A stretch of DNA of 55,603 nt, from the IMG/VR virus record IMGVR_UViG_3300031772_000046, positions 1-55,603 of that record; one strand, 5' to 3'. The stretch comes from a virus. Taxonomy: Duplodnaviria > Caudoviricetes. The position numbers were made by a program, and so were the translations under genes. Shown here piece after piece: positions 9,352 to 17,898 of this stretch. Below the pieces are notes generated by a model. The model did no database searches. It was not told the origin of the DNA and was given only the letters and a program-made list of their open reading frames with translations. The stretch's first letter is position 1, and each line of letters begins with the position of its first letter.

Positions 9352-9662
9352 TACAGGCGCCCCTCAGATGATGCCGCTGTCAGACCGTCCATAACGGCAT
9401 CCCAGTGGCCGGGTTGCTTGAGGTTCGCCACATCGGCGGGGTCTACATGATCGTCCTTCGTCCATATGTACACGTCGGGCCCTGCTTCCTCCATGTACCC
9501 GCGCGCCATGGCCGAAATGCAGTCGCGGCTACAGACATAATGCGGCGGATGCCATCCGGGCGAATCATTGATAAACCACCCTTCGGGCTGCCGCCACTTG
9601 CCGTCACGGTAGATTCCGAGAACGGTCGTGCCGCAAGCGTCGCAACGAAAGTTTACCGCCAT
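9351..9662 (-). CDS. Zinc-finger hypothetical protein
   Basis: CDAC...VCSRDC. Confidence 0.7.
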   Translation of the reverse strand: MAVNFRCDACGTTVLGIYRDGKWRQPEGWFINDSPGWHPPHYVCSRDCISAMARGYMEEAGPDVYIWTKDDHVDPADVANLKQPGHWDAVMDGLTAASSEGRL

Positions 9663-9697
9663 GATGTCTGCCCCTCGCTTCCCGCTACTTCTGGCGC

Positions 9698-9754
9698 TTA
9701 AAGGTAACGGTTCGCCTCGTTCCTGACCAGCATCGCGCCGATGATCTTGCTCAT
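9698..9754 (-). pseudogene. Relic 5' end of a GT2 gene (18 codons)
   Basis: MSKIIGAMLVRNEANRYL*; 24/25 nt identity of 9725-9749 with 9322-9346. Confidence 0.75.
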
Positions 9755-10389
9755 CTCACCGCTGGCCTCGCTTTATCGACATTGCCCTCCCAGCCACACC
9801 GGCAGCAGATGGCGTGGCCGTCTTGCCACATGAGGTTGTGGGATTGACACAGGGGACACAGGTCGGGCCGTTCCACAAAGCCCGCCGTACCCAAATACTC
9901 CAGCCCCACGCGGTACTTCTCGTAGGGTTCAAACCACAGGTCGCGGGCGGGGGTCTGAATGTGGATGAGGAACGTACTGAGGGAACAGTGGGCATCAGGA
10001 TCGAGCAATGCCCCCGGCTCCTCTACCGCGCTTACCATCTCGGCGAACTGCGCAATGTCGCCGTTCCAGCGTTCGGTGCGCATGGCCTGCCTGACTTCGT
10101 GATCCGTTGACGGTATCTCTGTCGCGGGTAGGCGGTCTTCTCCCCGGCGCTCCAGATGCACGCAATAGACCTGGCCTACCTCGAAGCGAATGGACGGCGC
10201 CGGGTGACTCAGGGTCATTTTGATGATTCCTATCGGCGGGTACTCGGGATGAAACAGCCCGGTACATCGCCTCTGTATGGTCGGGGGATACATCTCCGCG
10301 TACTCCCCATAGTTGTCGCCCATCTCGGATAAACCCTTCATGACACGCGCGACGCGGAAGTCGCCGGTGAAGACCTTGACCGCGCTCAT
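9751..10389 (-). CDS. Hypothetical protein with two beta-rich repeats and C-terminal zinc ribbon
   Basis: FEVGQVYCVHL / FEPYEKYRVGL repeats; CPLC...CCRC. Confidence 0.75.
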   Translation of the reverse strand: MSAVKVFTGDFRVARVMKGLSEMGDNYGEYAEMYPPTIQRRCTGLFHPEYPPIGIIKMTLSHPAPSIRFEVGQVYCVHLERRGEDRLPATEIPSTDHEVRQAMRTERWNGDIAQFAEMVSAVEEPGALLDPDAHCSLSTFLIHIQTPARDLWFEPYEKYRVGLEYLGTAGFVERPDLCPLCQSHNLMWQDGHAICCRCGWEGNVDKARPAVR

Positions 10390-10408
10390 CGAACCCCCTC
10401 CATTCGCC

Positions 10409-10608
10409 CTACTTCTGCCGCTTCACCGTCTTGATGTCCAGGCTCACGCGCGGGTCGTACTCGTTATCCAGACTCTTGATCCTGCCCTTGACCAGCAACG
10501 TGACCGACTCATCAAGGTGTGCCTTCCTTAGTCGCTTCGCATCGGCGCCATATAGGGTGAGGCTGGTCTTGGGTCTTTGTACCCCATTATCTTAGGGGTC
10601 TTCGCCAC
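10409..10608 (-). pseudogene. Small gene split by a 1-nt frameshift
   Basis: GGAGG plus GTG start MAKTPKIMGYKDPRP continues plausibly only in the -1 frame (SLTLYGADAK...VKRQK*). Confidence 0.45.
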
Positions 10609-10633
10609 CCACAAAACCTCCTTTCAAGGGAAC

Positions 10634-10741
10634 GGCGGGCCGCCCACATGCGGTCGCTAACCGCGCGTAATAAGCGAATAGCCGGGGATGCGGTCGCTAG
10701 CCGCGTGTAATAAGCGAATAGCCGTGGGTGGGCGGCCCGCC
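10634..10741. repeat. Two tandem 40-nt pseudoknot-forming repeats inside a 14-bp inverted repeat (candidate ncRNA)
   Basis: Units 10648-10687 and 10688-10727; flanks GGCGGGCCGCCCAC / GTGGGCGGCCCGCC. Confidence 0.85.
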
Positions 10742-10747
10742 AATGGG

Positions 10748-10921
10748 TTACTCTAACGTCTCAGTCACAAAGGCCAACAGGCAGTAATAACCGTGGAATC
10801 GTAGTGGATGTTCGTATTGAGGATCGCGCAGAACGAGTTTGGCGGGTTCCTCATCAAGAAAGGGACCGCTGCAGTAGGCGCAGTTGTTTACGGTGTCTGA
10901 TGGCAGTTGCTTGGCTCCCAT
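10748..10921 (-). CDS. TRASH/MYM-like zinc finger (57 aa, not in ORF track)
   Basis: MGAKQ...CAYC...LRDP...RFHGYYCL; paralog of 11502..11705; GGAGG RBS. Confidence 0.7.
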   Translation of the reverse strand: MGAKQLPSDTVNNCAYCSGPFLDEEPAKLVLRDPQYEHPLRFHGYYCLLAFVTETLE

Positions 10922-10939
10922 CGGTCAGTCCTCCTGCTT

Positions 10940-11260
10940 CTATCCCAACCCTAGAATCTTGGCGGGTTCGGCCATCAGGCCCGTCGCCGGCGCGTGTCCC
11001 ACTCCGGGACCGTAGGACGGGTCGAGCTTGGCGGCGTAGTCCCAGGCGCAGTCGAAGCAGCAGACTTCCACTCTCTTCTGCCCGCGTGCAGTCCAGAACT
11101 GTACCTGCCAACCCGTTATTTCCTTGCCACACGCCGCGCAATGACGGATCGGAATTGACTCGGGCTTCTGGCTGCAGAACGATGCGCCCACGGAAACATG
11201 CGAGAAGAGTGGCACACTCGCCGACGATTCCTCATCCGTGAACTTGGCCTCACCCGCCAA
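10940..11260 (-). CDS. TRASH/MYM-like zinc-finger protein
   Basis: CAAC...VCCFDC. Confidence 0.6.
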   Translation of the reverse strand: MAGEAKFTDEESSASVPLFSHVSVGASFCSQKPESIPIRHCAACGKEITGWQVQFWTARGQKRVEVCCFDCAWDYAAKLDPSYGPGVGHAPATGLMAEPAKILGLG

Positions 11261-11498
11261 TGGGTTGGTCCTTATCTTCCGTAATCGCACAGTCGATACC
11301 GGCATCCCAGACGATTTGATAAGTCTCCCCGCCGTCTTGAACCATTCGGGCGAAGCACTTGTCATACAACACAATGTCACCGACGTGCCAGGGATACCAC
11401 CTGGCCGCCGTTGAGGCCACGACCCGGCCCCGCAGAAAGGAGAGATGCGTTCCTTCGGGTTTGACGAGAACATTGCCCGGTGCAAGTGTGATCCCCAC
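11250..11498 (-). CDS. GroES-like co-chaperonin (divergent)
   Basis: GNVLVKP...GRVVA...VGDIVLY...GETYQIV...I pattern of Cpn10. Confidence 0.7.
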   Translation of the reverse strand: MGITLAPGNVLVKPEGTHLSFLRGRVVASTAARWYPWHVGDIVLYDKCFARMVQDGGETYQIVWDAGIDCAITEDKDQPIGG

Positions 11499-11501
11499 GC
11501 C

Positions 11502-11705
11502 TCAGTCCTCCTGCTTGGCTACGTACTTGGCGAGACAGGACCAGGAGCAGAAACGCACCGGATCTTTGCGCACGGGATCATACAGCGTCAACACGGCATC
11601 GCTGGGCGGTAGAACCTCCTTGCAGAGGGCGCAATAGCGGGCGGCGGTAATGGCTGTATTCCGCCCCGCCATGATAGTGCCGCTGATGATTACGTTGTCG
11701 CGCAT
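11502..11705 (-). CDS. TRASH/MYM-like zinc finger
   Basis: CALC...RFCSWSCL. Confidence 0.7.
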   Translation of the reverse strand: MRDNVIISGTIMAGRNTAITAARYCALCKEVLPPSDAVLTLYDPVRKDPVRFCSWSCLAKYVAKQED

Positions 11706-11743
11706 CAGAAACCCCCTCCTTCCGTTCCTCTGGGAGAGCCAGC

Positions 11744-12382
11744 TTAAGCCGCTTTGGGGGCGTCAGGCTTATGCCTACGTCGTTTCGCCGATGGGCGTTC
11801 GGCTGGTATCTGGCTCTCCCAGAGAGACGGGTTGTCCCGCAAAACTTGATGAACGAGTCGGCCCACGCGACGGGCCTCCTTCTCGGAAAGGCCCAGGCTC
11901 ATCATGCCGCTGGCACAGACGCATACAGCGGCCACCAGGGCCGACATCATGTACTGTAGCGTTCCGGCCACGACGCGCAGGCAGCATTGCGAAGGGTTGA
12001 AGTCCACCGCCGCGCTCTCGTCTTCATCGCCGCACGCATCCTTTAGGGCATCGACCTGCACCACGGCAAACTGCAATCCCACAATGTCCACCACATCGGG
12101 AAGTTGGGTCGTCCCCGCAAATACGGCAAGATTGCGCTGGATCACGTCTGTTAGAATCTGGACGACGGTCTCGCCGTGTTGCATTCCACAGTGCCACTCG
12201 ATGCAATGCAGAATTTCGTGTAGCAACGTCTGCGGCGCCTGGGCAGGACTCAGATCCTTCCGAAGTTTGATACACCCGCGCCTGACGTTGAGGCGCCCGA
12301 GAAGGTCGGGCTCGGAGTCAATCACACCTTCGCGAATCACGGCATATTCGACACTCCCGATCTTCACCGTCTCCGGTATCAC
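11744..12382 (-). CDS. HExxH metallopeptidase-like protein with internally duplicated domain
   Basis: IPETVKIG...QTLLHEILH; second repeat LPDVVDIVG lacks HExxH. Confidence 0.75.
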   Translation of the reverse strand: MIPETVKIGSVEYAVIREGVIDSEPDLLGRLNVRRGCIKLRKDLSPAQAPQTLLHEILHCIEWHCGMQHGETVVQILTDVIQRNLAVFAGTTQLPDVVDIVGLQFAVVQVDALKDACGDEDESAAVDFNPSQCCLRVVAGTLQYMMSALVAAVCVCASGMMSLGLSEKEARRVGRLVHQVLRDNPSLWESQIPAERPSAKRRRHKPDAPKAA

Positions 12383-12395
12383 GTCGCTTCCCCCT

Positions 12396-12593
12396 CTACT
12401 GGTAGCTGTCCCAATCCCCCAGGATCCTGTCGGCCGCCTGCTCCGGGGTGAACTTCCCCAAGTCCTCGCGCTTCGCCGTGCGAGTGATCGCCAGTATCTC
12501 GGGGCGGGCGAGGGCCTTCTGCTCCGCAATGGACATGGCGGGATTCTTGCAGCGCACGCGGAGGATGACGGGTTTGATGTCATCGCGGGTCAT
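12396..12593 (-). CDS. Hypothetical protein
   Basis: ORF in operon packing. Confidence 0.6.
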   Translation of the reverse strand: MTRDDIKPVILRVRCKNPAMSIAEQKALARPEILAITRTAKREDLGKFTPEQAADRILGDWDSYQ

Positions 12594-12799
12594 TGCCGTA
12601 TGGTTCTGGGGCCAAACATTTCATCATGCGGCGCCCGCCAGACAGTGAGGGGAATCGTGAAGACCGTATGGATGCCGCTTGGGCCGTATCGGAAGAGGCC
12701 CCATCGCCTCTGCTCGATCCACTCGCCGCACGCCTCCCGCTGAGCGTCAACGATCTCGAACTTGAACATGGGTCAGTCCTCCTTTGATGTCGTCGCGGG

Positions 12800-13105
12800 T
12801 CATGGTTTTCCCCCTAAGTCCTCATCTGGCTGAAGCCAGGGCATTTCTGCGATATACCAGCCGTCCGCGTCCGGGCGCGGCGAGAAGGGGACGCCCGTAA
12901 GATGGCCCTCTTCAAAAGTGGATGGGGCCGAATGACGCCCAATCATGACCGCCAGGTCCAGGGTGCCATCGTCATGGACGGCTTCGACCATGCACAGCAG
13001 GTCTAGGCGCCGCCTCCGACATGGGGTGTCGGGGGTCGCGATCCCCGACCAGTCGCGCGTGCAGCGGACGCGAATGATCTGACCGACAGGCGGGGTGGGG
13101 GTCAT
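12800..13105 (-). CDS. Hypothetical protein
   Basis: AGGAGG RBS before MTPTPPVGQII. Confidence 0.65.
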   Translation of the reverse strand: MTPTPPVGQIIRVRCTRDWSGIATPDTPCRRRRLDLLCMVEAVHDDGTLDLAVMIGRHSAPSTFEEGHLTGVPFSPRPDADGWYIAEMPWLQPDEDLGGKP

Positions 13106-13149
13106 GGGGATGCCTCCTTTTTCAGGTCCACGCACACCAGCGCCCGAAG

Positions 13150-13905
13150 TCACATCGTAACCTCCATGTCCCTCTCCTTGGCCCCCAGGATCACACGGGG
13201 AAGCCCCCTGGCTCCCGGCGGGTATCCCCCGCGCTCGGCGTATCCACCCCATCCCAGGAAGGACGCGCAAGAGAGGAACGCTTGCGTGTCGTACCTGACG
13301 CGGCCCGCCCGCTCGTCAATGCGCACGCGGAGTTTCTTGAAGGGCGTCACCACATGTCCATGCCCTAGAAGGTAAACATCGGCGTCCACGTGTCCGCTGA
13401 TACCCACGAGGTTGTTCAACTTGTTTCCGGCCTGCTTGCCACCGGCCCATCCATGCGTCGCGTAGATGTGGTAGGAACGCTGTCGGCCCTTGTAGCGGCC
13501 AAACCGGAGCCAGATCAGCGTCCCGTCCTCCACGTAGGGCGCGTCCAGACTTACCGCGATGTCCTCCGCTGGCTTCAGGCCGGTTTCGCGGTAGATGCGG
13601 AGGTCGTGGTTCCCCGCACAGACCGCCAGAACCCGCCCTTTCAGGGGCGCTAAGTCGGCGATGGCGCGCTTCTTTTGCTCCTGGGGTTCCATCTGATTGA
13701 AGATTTCGCCCTTGCTGCTTTTGGTGACGAAGTTGCAGTAGTCGCCCAGAAGTACCGCGTAGGCATTGGGCCTTTCGACTATCCAGGCGATTGCCCTTGT
13801 GAGCCCCGGGCCGTCATGCAGCGGGTCGCCGATGTGGAAGTCGCCAAGGGGTACTAGTATAAGGTTGTCCAGGTCGGAGGATAGCGTACATTGCAGGAAC
13901 CGCAT
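13150..13905 (-). CDS. Calcineurin-like metallophosphoesterase
   Basis: GDxH, GD, GNHD, THG, GHxH motifs. Confidence 0.92.
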   Translation of the reverse strand: MRFLQCTLSSDLDNLILVPLGDFHIGDPLHDGPGLTRAIAWIVERPNAYAVLLGDYCNFVTKSSKGEIFNQMEPQEQKKRAIADLAPLKGRVLAVCAGNHDLRIYRETGLKPAEDIAVSLDAPYVEDGTLIWLRFGRYKGRQRSYHIYATHGWAGGKQAGNKLNNLVGISGHVDADVYLLGHGHVVTPFKKLRVRIDERAGRVRYDTQAFLSCASFLGWGGYAERGGYPPGARGLPRVILGAKERDMEVTM

Positions 13906-13942
13906 GGCCACCCTCCTTCCGTGAAGCGGACATGGTGGAGAG

Positions 13943-14227
13943 TTAGTCCGCCGGCGTGAAGTCGATGTGGTATGCCTTGCCGCGCTCAAACACGGCGGCG
14001 CACTCAGGGTCGCACGTCATGAACTTGAGAGGTGCCTTGATCACATCGCCGAAGAGAACGGACGGTTGGTCAGACACGTCAAAGTAGATGATGTACTGGC
14101 AACGGGGTAGGGGCGGAATGACCTCGAATACGCCGGGTCTGTCGGGAATAGCCTTGCCCGTCGTAAACTCAAGGGGCGGCGGCAACTCCATCGTCGTCTT
14201 CACGCAAACCCTGAATGTCAGCCGCAC
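13943..14227 (-). CDS. Small beta-rich phage protein
   Basis: FERGKAYHIDFTPA C-terminus. Confidence 0.7.
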   Translation of the reverse strand: MRLTFRVCVKTTMELPPPLEFTTGKAIPDRPGVFEVIPPLPRCQYIIYFDVSDQPSVLFGDVIKAPLKFMTCDPECAAVFERGKAYHIDFTPAD

Positions 14228-14230
14228 GTC

Positions 14231-14518
14231 TCATTCCTCCTCCGGCATCGTCGTCGCCGTCTTCTCCACACATGCGACGACGTACTCGGGAATCAGTCCC
14301 GCTATCACGACACCGCGCCGGTCAAGTTCGTCCTTGATGGCCGCCAGTCTCTCCGTGAGGTCCGCCGCCGCGACCGCCAGCGCCTGACTCGGGCCCGTTG
14401 TTGGGTCTGCGGGAAGCGGCAGAAAGTCAACCTCGTGAAGTCCCAGGTGGGTGAAGATTTCGGGAATCAGGGTTACTGGCTCACCATCGCTCATGAGGGG
14501 CACGTTATTCATCCGCAT
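14231..14518 (-). CDS. Hypothetical protein
   Basis: ORF in operon packing. Confidence 0.6.
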   Translation of the reverse strand: MRMNNVPLMSDGEPVTLIPEIFTHLGLHEVDFLPLPADPTTGPSQALAVAAADLTERLAAIKDELDRRGVVIAGLIPEYVVACVEKTATTMPEEE

Positions 14519-14604
14519 TCGCTTTCACCACACTCTGGGCACCATGCGCACCCGCCCTGATGGGCCAAGGCCGTACCGCATAGTTGGCAGGTATCGTCGA
14601 TCAT
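14509..14604 (-). CDS. 31-aa zinc ribbon resembling the C-terminal ribbon of class II ribonucleotide reductases
   Basis: MIDDTCQLCGTALAHQGGCAWCPECGESECG; AGGAGG RBS. Confidence 0.6.
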   Translation of the reverse strand: MIDDTCQLCGTALAHQGGCAWCPECGESECG

Positions 14605-14622
14605 GGGCAGTCCTCCTGTTCT

Positions 14623-14697
14623 TGGCTGAGGCGGCACGGGTCGAACGTGCGTTGACGGGTTCAAGGCCCGGCGTCCTACCGGCTAGACGACGCCTCA
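14623..14697 (-). tRNA. tRNA-Gln(UUG) with C33
   Basis: U1:A72, G73, encoded CCA, T-loop TTCGACC, anticodon loop CCTTGAA. Confidence 0.9.
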
Positions 14698-14707
14698 GCG
14701 TGGGGTG

Positions 14708-15001
14708 CTAGTTGTTGCTGGGTTGCTGGGCGAACACTTGGGCCGGGGCCATGCCACAGGCAACGCCGAAAATGCGCGGCAGGCGCGAGGTTGCGAAGGC
14801 ACAGTAGACGATGGGCGAGACAACCAAAGTGTGTCGCGTCTGAGTGGTGAGAGGATCCACGTTAACGACCTCGCTTCTGAACACGCGGGGCGGCATCTCG
14901 GCGACGGCCTTCCTCACATCGGCGGACAAGGCACATGTTTCCTTGGATGCGCAGTTGTCGCACGGGACCGAAACCTTCACTTCTGCATCGAAACTGGTCA
15001 C
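14708..15001 (-). CDS. Cys-rich hypothetical protein
   Basis: CxxCxxxxxC. Confidence 0.65.
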   Translation of the reverse strand: MTSFDAEVKVSVPCDNCASKETCALSADVRKAVAEMPPRVFRSEVVNVDPLTTQTRHTLVVSPIVYCAFATSRLPRIFGVACGMAPAQVFAQQPSNN

Positions 15002-15014
15002 TCAGGATTCCCCC

Positions 15015-15584
15015 TCATTTGGTATTGGGTGGCGCCTCAATGTACGGGGCGTAGAGACGCACCGGGTTAATCTGAACGGGAACGGGGGTGATGCGCAGGT
15101 CAATCGCCCTGGACAGCGGTTCTCCTGCATCCAAGTCGTCCCAATCGACATTCGCGCGAAAGTGGATGCGGAATGCCAGTCCCTCCTGAAACACGGCGAG
15201 TCTCAGACTGTTCTTGTCGTAGAACAACCCGCGAAAGGCTTGGTTAAGAAGGCGCCCGGCGTGCTCTTCGACTTCGGCGTAGGTCGGGGGTGACTTGCGC
15301 GTGAATGAGGCGTGGCCTACGAAGTTCTGGTCAGCAGGAAGCTGGCCGTAGGCCGCCACCAATTCCCTTATCCGCTGGGCGAGAACCACGTATTCAGGCC
15401 ATGCCGTAATCTCGGGCGGGCGCCTGAAGATGCGCCGCCACCAGGGAAGGCCGCAGTACGAACGCTGGCATTCAACCTGATGCCGCAGGTTGTCTATGTC
15501 ACGGTCGAGGCAGGGAAGAGACTTGTTCAGGTATTGGATGTGCGGCGCGATGGCGATCAACCGCTCGGCGGTGATGGCCTCCAT
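15015..15584 (-). CDS. Hypothetical protein
   Basis: Long ORF with RBS. Confidence 0.7.
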   Translation of the reverse strand: MEAITAERLIAIAPHIQYLNKSLPCLDRDIDNLRHQVECQRSYCGLPWWRRIFRRPPEITAWPEYVVLAQRIRELVAAYGQLPADQNFVGHASFTRKSPPTYAEVEEHAGRLLNQAFRGLFYDKNSLRLAVFQEGLAFRIHFRANVDWDDLDAGEPLSRAIDLRITPVPVQINPVRLYAPYIEAPPNTK

Positions 15585-15689
15585 ACACCGTTCCCCCTCT
15601 CGCATAGACGCGCTACAAGGCCCCTATCGTCCTGCGGGCAGTACGATACTCGGGGCAGTCTGATCGACGCAGGAAGGGGCGTCTACGGC

Positions 15690-15872
15690 CTAGCGCAAAG
15701 CTGGTGGTAGGCTCAGGTTGTAGCCACAGAAACCGTTGAGCAGGTAGATGAGGTCGGCGGCGTCAATCCCACCCTCTTGGTACTGGTGGACCCACAGCGG
15801 AAGGCCCCTGGTTGACTTGGCGGCCTCGCACTCGGGGCGCCATTGGCAACGTCGAAAGGTCTTACACCACAT
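15690..15872 (-). CDS. Small Cys-rich protein
   Basis: ORF packing. Confidence 0.5.
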   Translation of the reverse strand: MWCKTFRRCQWRPECEAAKSTRGLPLWVHQYQEGGIDAADLIYLLNGFCGYNLSLPPALR

Positions 15873-15875
15873 CGG

Positions 15876-16058
15876 CTAGGGCCGCCCCCAGAGGAGGAGG
15901 CTGACGGCCACAAAGCCGCCGAAAAGGAAGCTGACCATCCGCGACCAGCGCAACGCCGCCTCTGACATCTGAGTCTGGGGCAGGTTCAACGCCAGCGCCA
16001 GTAGACCGCAAAGCCCCTGGATGGCAAAGATGCAGAACGCAAGCCAGAAAGGCCACAT
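15876..16058 (-). CDS. Two-TM small membrane protein
   Basis: Two hydrophobic segments. Confidence 0.65.
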   Translation of the reverse strand: MWPFWLAFCIFAIQGLCGLLALALNLPQTQMSEAALRWSRMVSFLFGGFVAVSLLLWGRP

Positions 16059-16062
16059 GGGA

Positions 16063-16359
16063 TTACCCCCTCCGTGTCCATCGCGCCCACCGGGGCCAGA
16101 AAAGCCAGCGGATATACCCGGCGATGTACCGGCCAAGCGGACAGTACGAAACAGTCTTGGGGTTTGCTGCCAACGCCTCTTTCAACATCGTCGCCGCGCG
16201 GTCCATGACGGGCAAGAGTGTTTCCAGCCTACAGCGCGACGTGCACAGGCCAACTTCGACGCATTCACCTTGCCACGTTGACTTGCCCAGGCCGTCGCGC
16301 CAATCGTAGTCGGCGTAGAAGTGCAGCGTCTTGGGCCATCGGTTGGCCGTCCAGTACAT
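16063..16359 (-). CDS. HicB-like domain protein
   Basis: WQGECVEVGLCT...; tandem paralog of the next gene (TANRWPKT vs TAANWPKT). Confidence 0.5.
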   Translation of the reverse strand: MYWTANRWPKTLHFYADYDWRDGLGKSTWQGECVEVGLCTSRCRLETLLPVMDRAATMLKEALAANPKTVSYCPLGRYIAGYIRWLFWPRWARWTRRG

Positions 16360-16363
16360 GCGA

Positions 16364-16636
16364 TTACCCCCTCACGATCCACTTCAGGTGACGGGGCCAG
16401 AGATACCACAGAAGCCACAGATACCACGGGGCGCGGTCGCGGTGAAAACCTTCATCGCCGGGGGGACGATCCCCAAAGATTTCAAGGTGCAGGGCCAGGT
16501 CGTCCCTTGCTTCCTTGACGGTTGGGTAGTCGTCCGATATCTCGTGGAACTCCAATGACTCACCATGCCAGGCGTCGCCCCAACGGACGGCGCGGCAATC
16601 GAACGTCTTCGGCCAGTTGGCGGCGGTGTAGCGCAT
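16364..16636 (-). CDS. HicB-like domain protein
   Basis: WHGESLEF...PTVKEARDDL. Confidence 0.55.
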   Translation of the reverse strand: MRYTAANWPKTFDCRAVRWGDAWHGESLEFHEISDDYPTVKEARDDLALHLEIFGDRPPGDEGFHRDRAPWYLWLLWYLWPRHLKWIVRG

Positions 16637-17022
16637 CACAGACCCGCCTTCGCGCGGGCTTGGGCGAGAACGGCATCGGCGAAGCACTCCTCGATATGGT
16701 TAGGGTCGCGCGGCTGGTTTCGCCCGCAAGCCCACACTCGGTATCCAGCCGAGTCGTATTCCGTCGGCTCGACGATTGCGCCATCTGGACAAAACACACA
16801 CAGGTTGGTGTGGACGTTCAGTATTGCAACAAGGCACCTTACCGCCTCCTCCGCGACGATGGCGCGTTCGAGGGCGTGGGCCTCCATGACCGCCATGGCC
16901 CTAATTGAGTCCCAGTACATCTGGTGTATTGGCACTTGGGGTTGGGCGGCTGCAGCCGCCTCCTTAATCTGTCGTATGAAGTCAAGATCCGCCCGCAGGT
17001 CACGTTGCTCAGGCATCGTCAA
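16636..17022 (-). CDS. Cys-containing hypothetical protein
   Basis: Tandem paralog of the next gene (LCxxC...CF...AGL). Confidence 0.7.
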   Translation of the reverse strand: MTMPEQRDLRADLDFIRQIKEAAAAAQPQVPIHQMYWDSIRAMAVMEAHALERAIVAEEAVRCLVAILNVHTNLCVFCPDGAIVEPTEYDSAGYRVWACGRNQPRDPNHIEECFADAVLAQARAKAGL

Positions 17023-17341
17023 GTCCCGCCTCTCTACGCATCCGGTTCAGTAAGGCGGTCTTGAAACACGCCTGCCTGGAACCCGATTTGATACTGTCTT
17101 GGCAATCGGGGCGCATCTGACACCACGCACATAGCGAATCCTCGTTCTCCAGGCCGTCGATAACGAAGTCCAACGCCTTGTCGCTGGCAATTGCCTGCGG
17201 TAGGACGGCCGCGGCGATGTCGGCGGCCTTCCGGCCCTCATTAGCCAAGAGCGACGGCCACCGCTGGGCCTGCGGGTTGGCCACGGTATCTCTACACTCC
17301 ATCGCCCGTCTCAGATCCGCCAATAGGACATGCTCGGGCAT
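17009..17341 (-). CDS. Cys-containing hypothetical protein
   Basis: GGAGG RBS before MPEHVLL. Confidence 0.7.
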   Translation of the reverse strand: MPEHVLLADLRRAMECRDTVANPQAQRWPSLLANEGRKAADIAAAVLPQAIASDKALDFVIDGLENEDSLCAWCQMRPDCQDSIKSGSRQACFKTALLNRMRREAGLDDA

Positions 17342-17343
17342 CC

Positions 17344-17898
17344 CTACCCCCTCCTGACCTTGTAAACCGCCATTTCGTCCTGCTTGCCGAAGACATTGAC
17401 CTCGCCGCCCAGGTCCACCATCTCCACCAATTCCCACTCGCAGATTTTCAGCAAATGCTGCATCTGCCTCTGCGTCGGAACGATGATGTGATGGCGGTAC
17501 TCCTGCCACCATTGGCCGGGGATGAAGATCAAGCCTTTTCCGCCTGCCTTGACCACCCTTCGCGCCTCGCACAGCGCGTCGTACATCGACGGGCAATGCT
17601 CCAGCGAATCCCACATGACCATGGCATCGAACTGAATGTCAGGGAAGGACAGATTCTGCATGTCGGAGAGAACGAGGTCAATGCCCAGCTTTGCACCTGC
17701 CTCAACCTCACAGGGATTGTACGTGACGCCGACGGCCTCTTTCCCTGAGTCCCGAAGACGCTTTACGAGGTGGCCGACACCGCAACCGAGATCAACGATT
17801 CTCTGGCAGTCCATGAGCCACGGTAGGTGTTCGTCAAGGTAGGCGACTTCGGGGCGGTCTGAGAATTCGTCTTGCCGCCAAGACCAGTAGGCGTTCAT
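17344..17898 (-). CDS. Class I SAM-dependent methyltransferase
   Basis: IVDLGCGVG, FDAMVMWDSLEH, RVVKAGG. Confidence 0.92.
   Translation of the reverse strand: MNAYWSWRQDEFSDRPEVAYLDEHLPWLMDCQRIVDLGCGVGHLVKRLRDSGKEAVGVTYNPCEVEAGAKLGIDLVLSDMQNLSFPDIQFDAMVMWDSLEHCPSMYDALCEARRVVKAGGKGLIFIPGQWWQEYRHHIIVPTQRQMQHLLKICEWELVEMVDLGGEVNVFGKQDEMAVYKVRRG

Noticed and set aside
9322-9754. Template/variable repeat pair of a diversity-generating retroelement
   Set aside because: Only 25 nt, at a gene 5' end, and there is no reverse transcriptase in the window.
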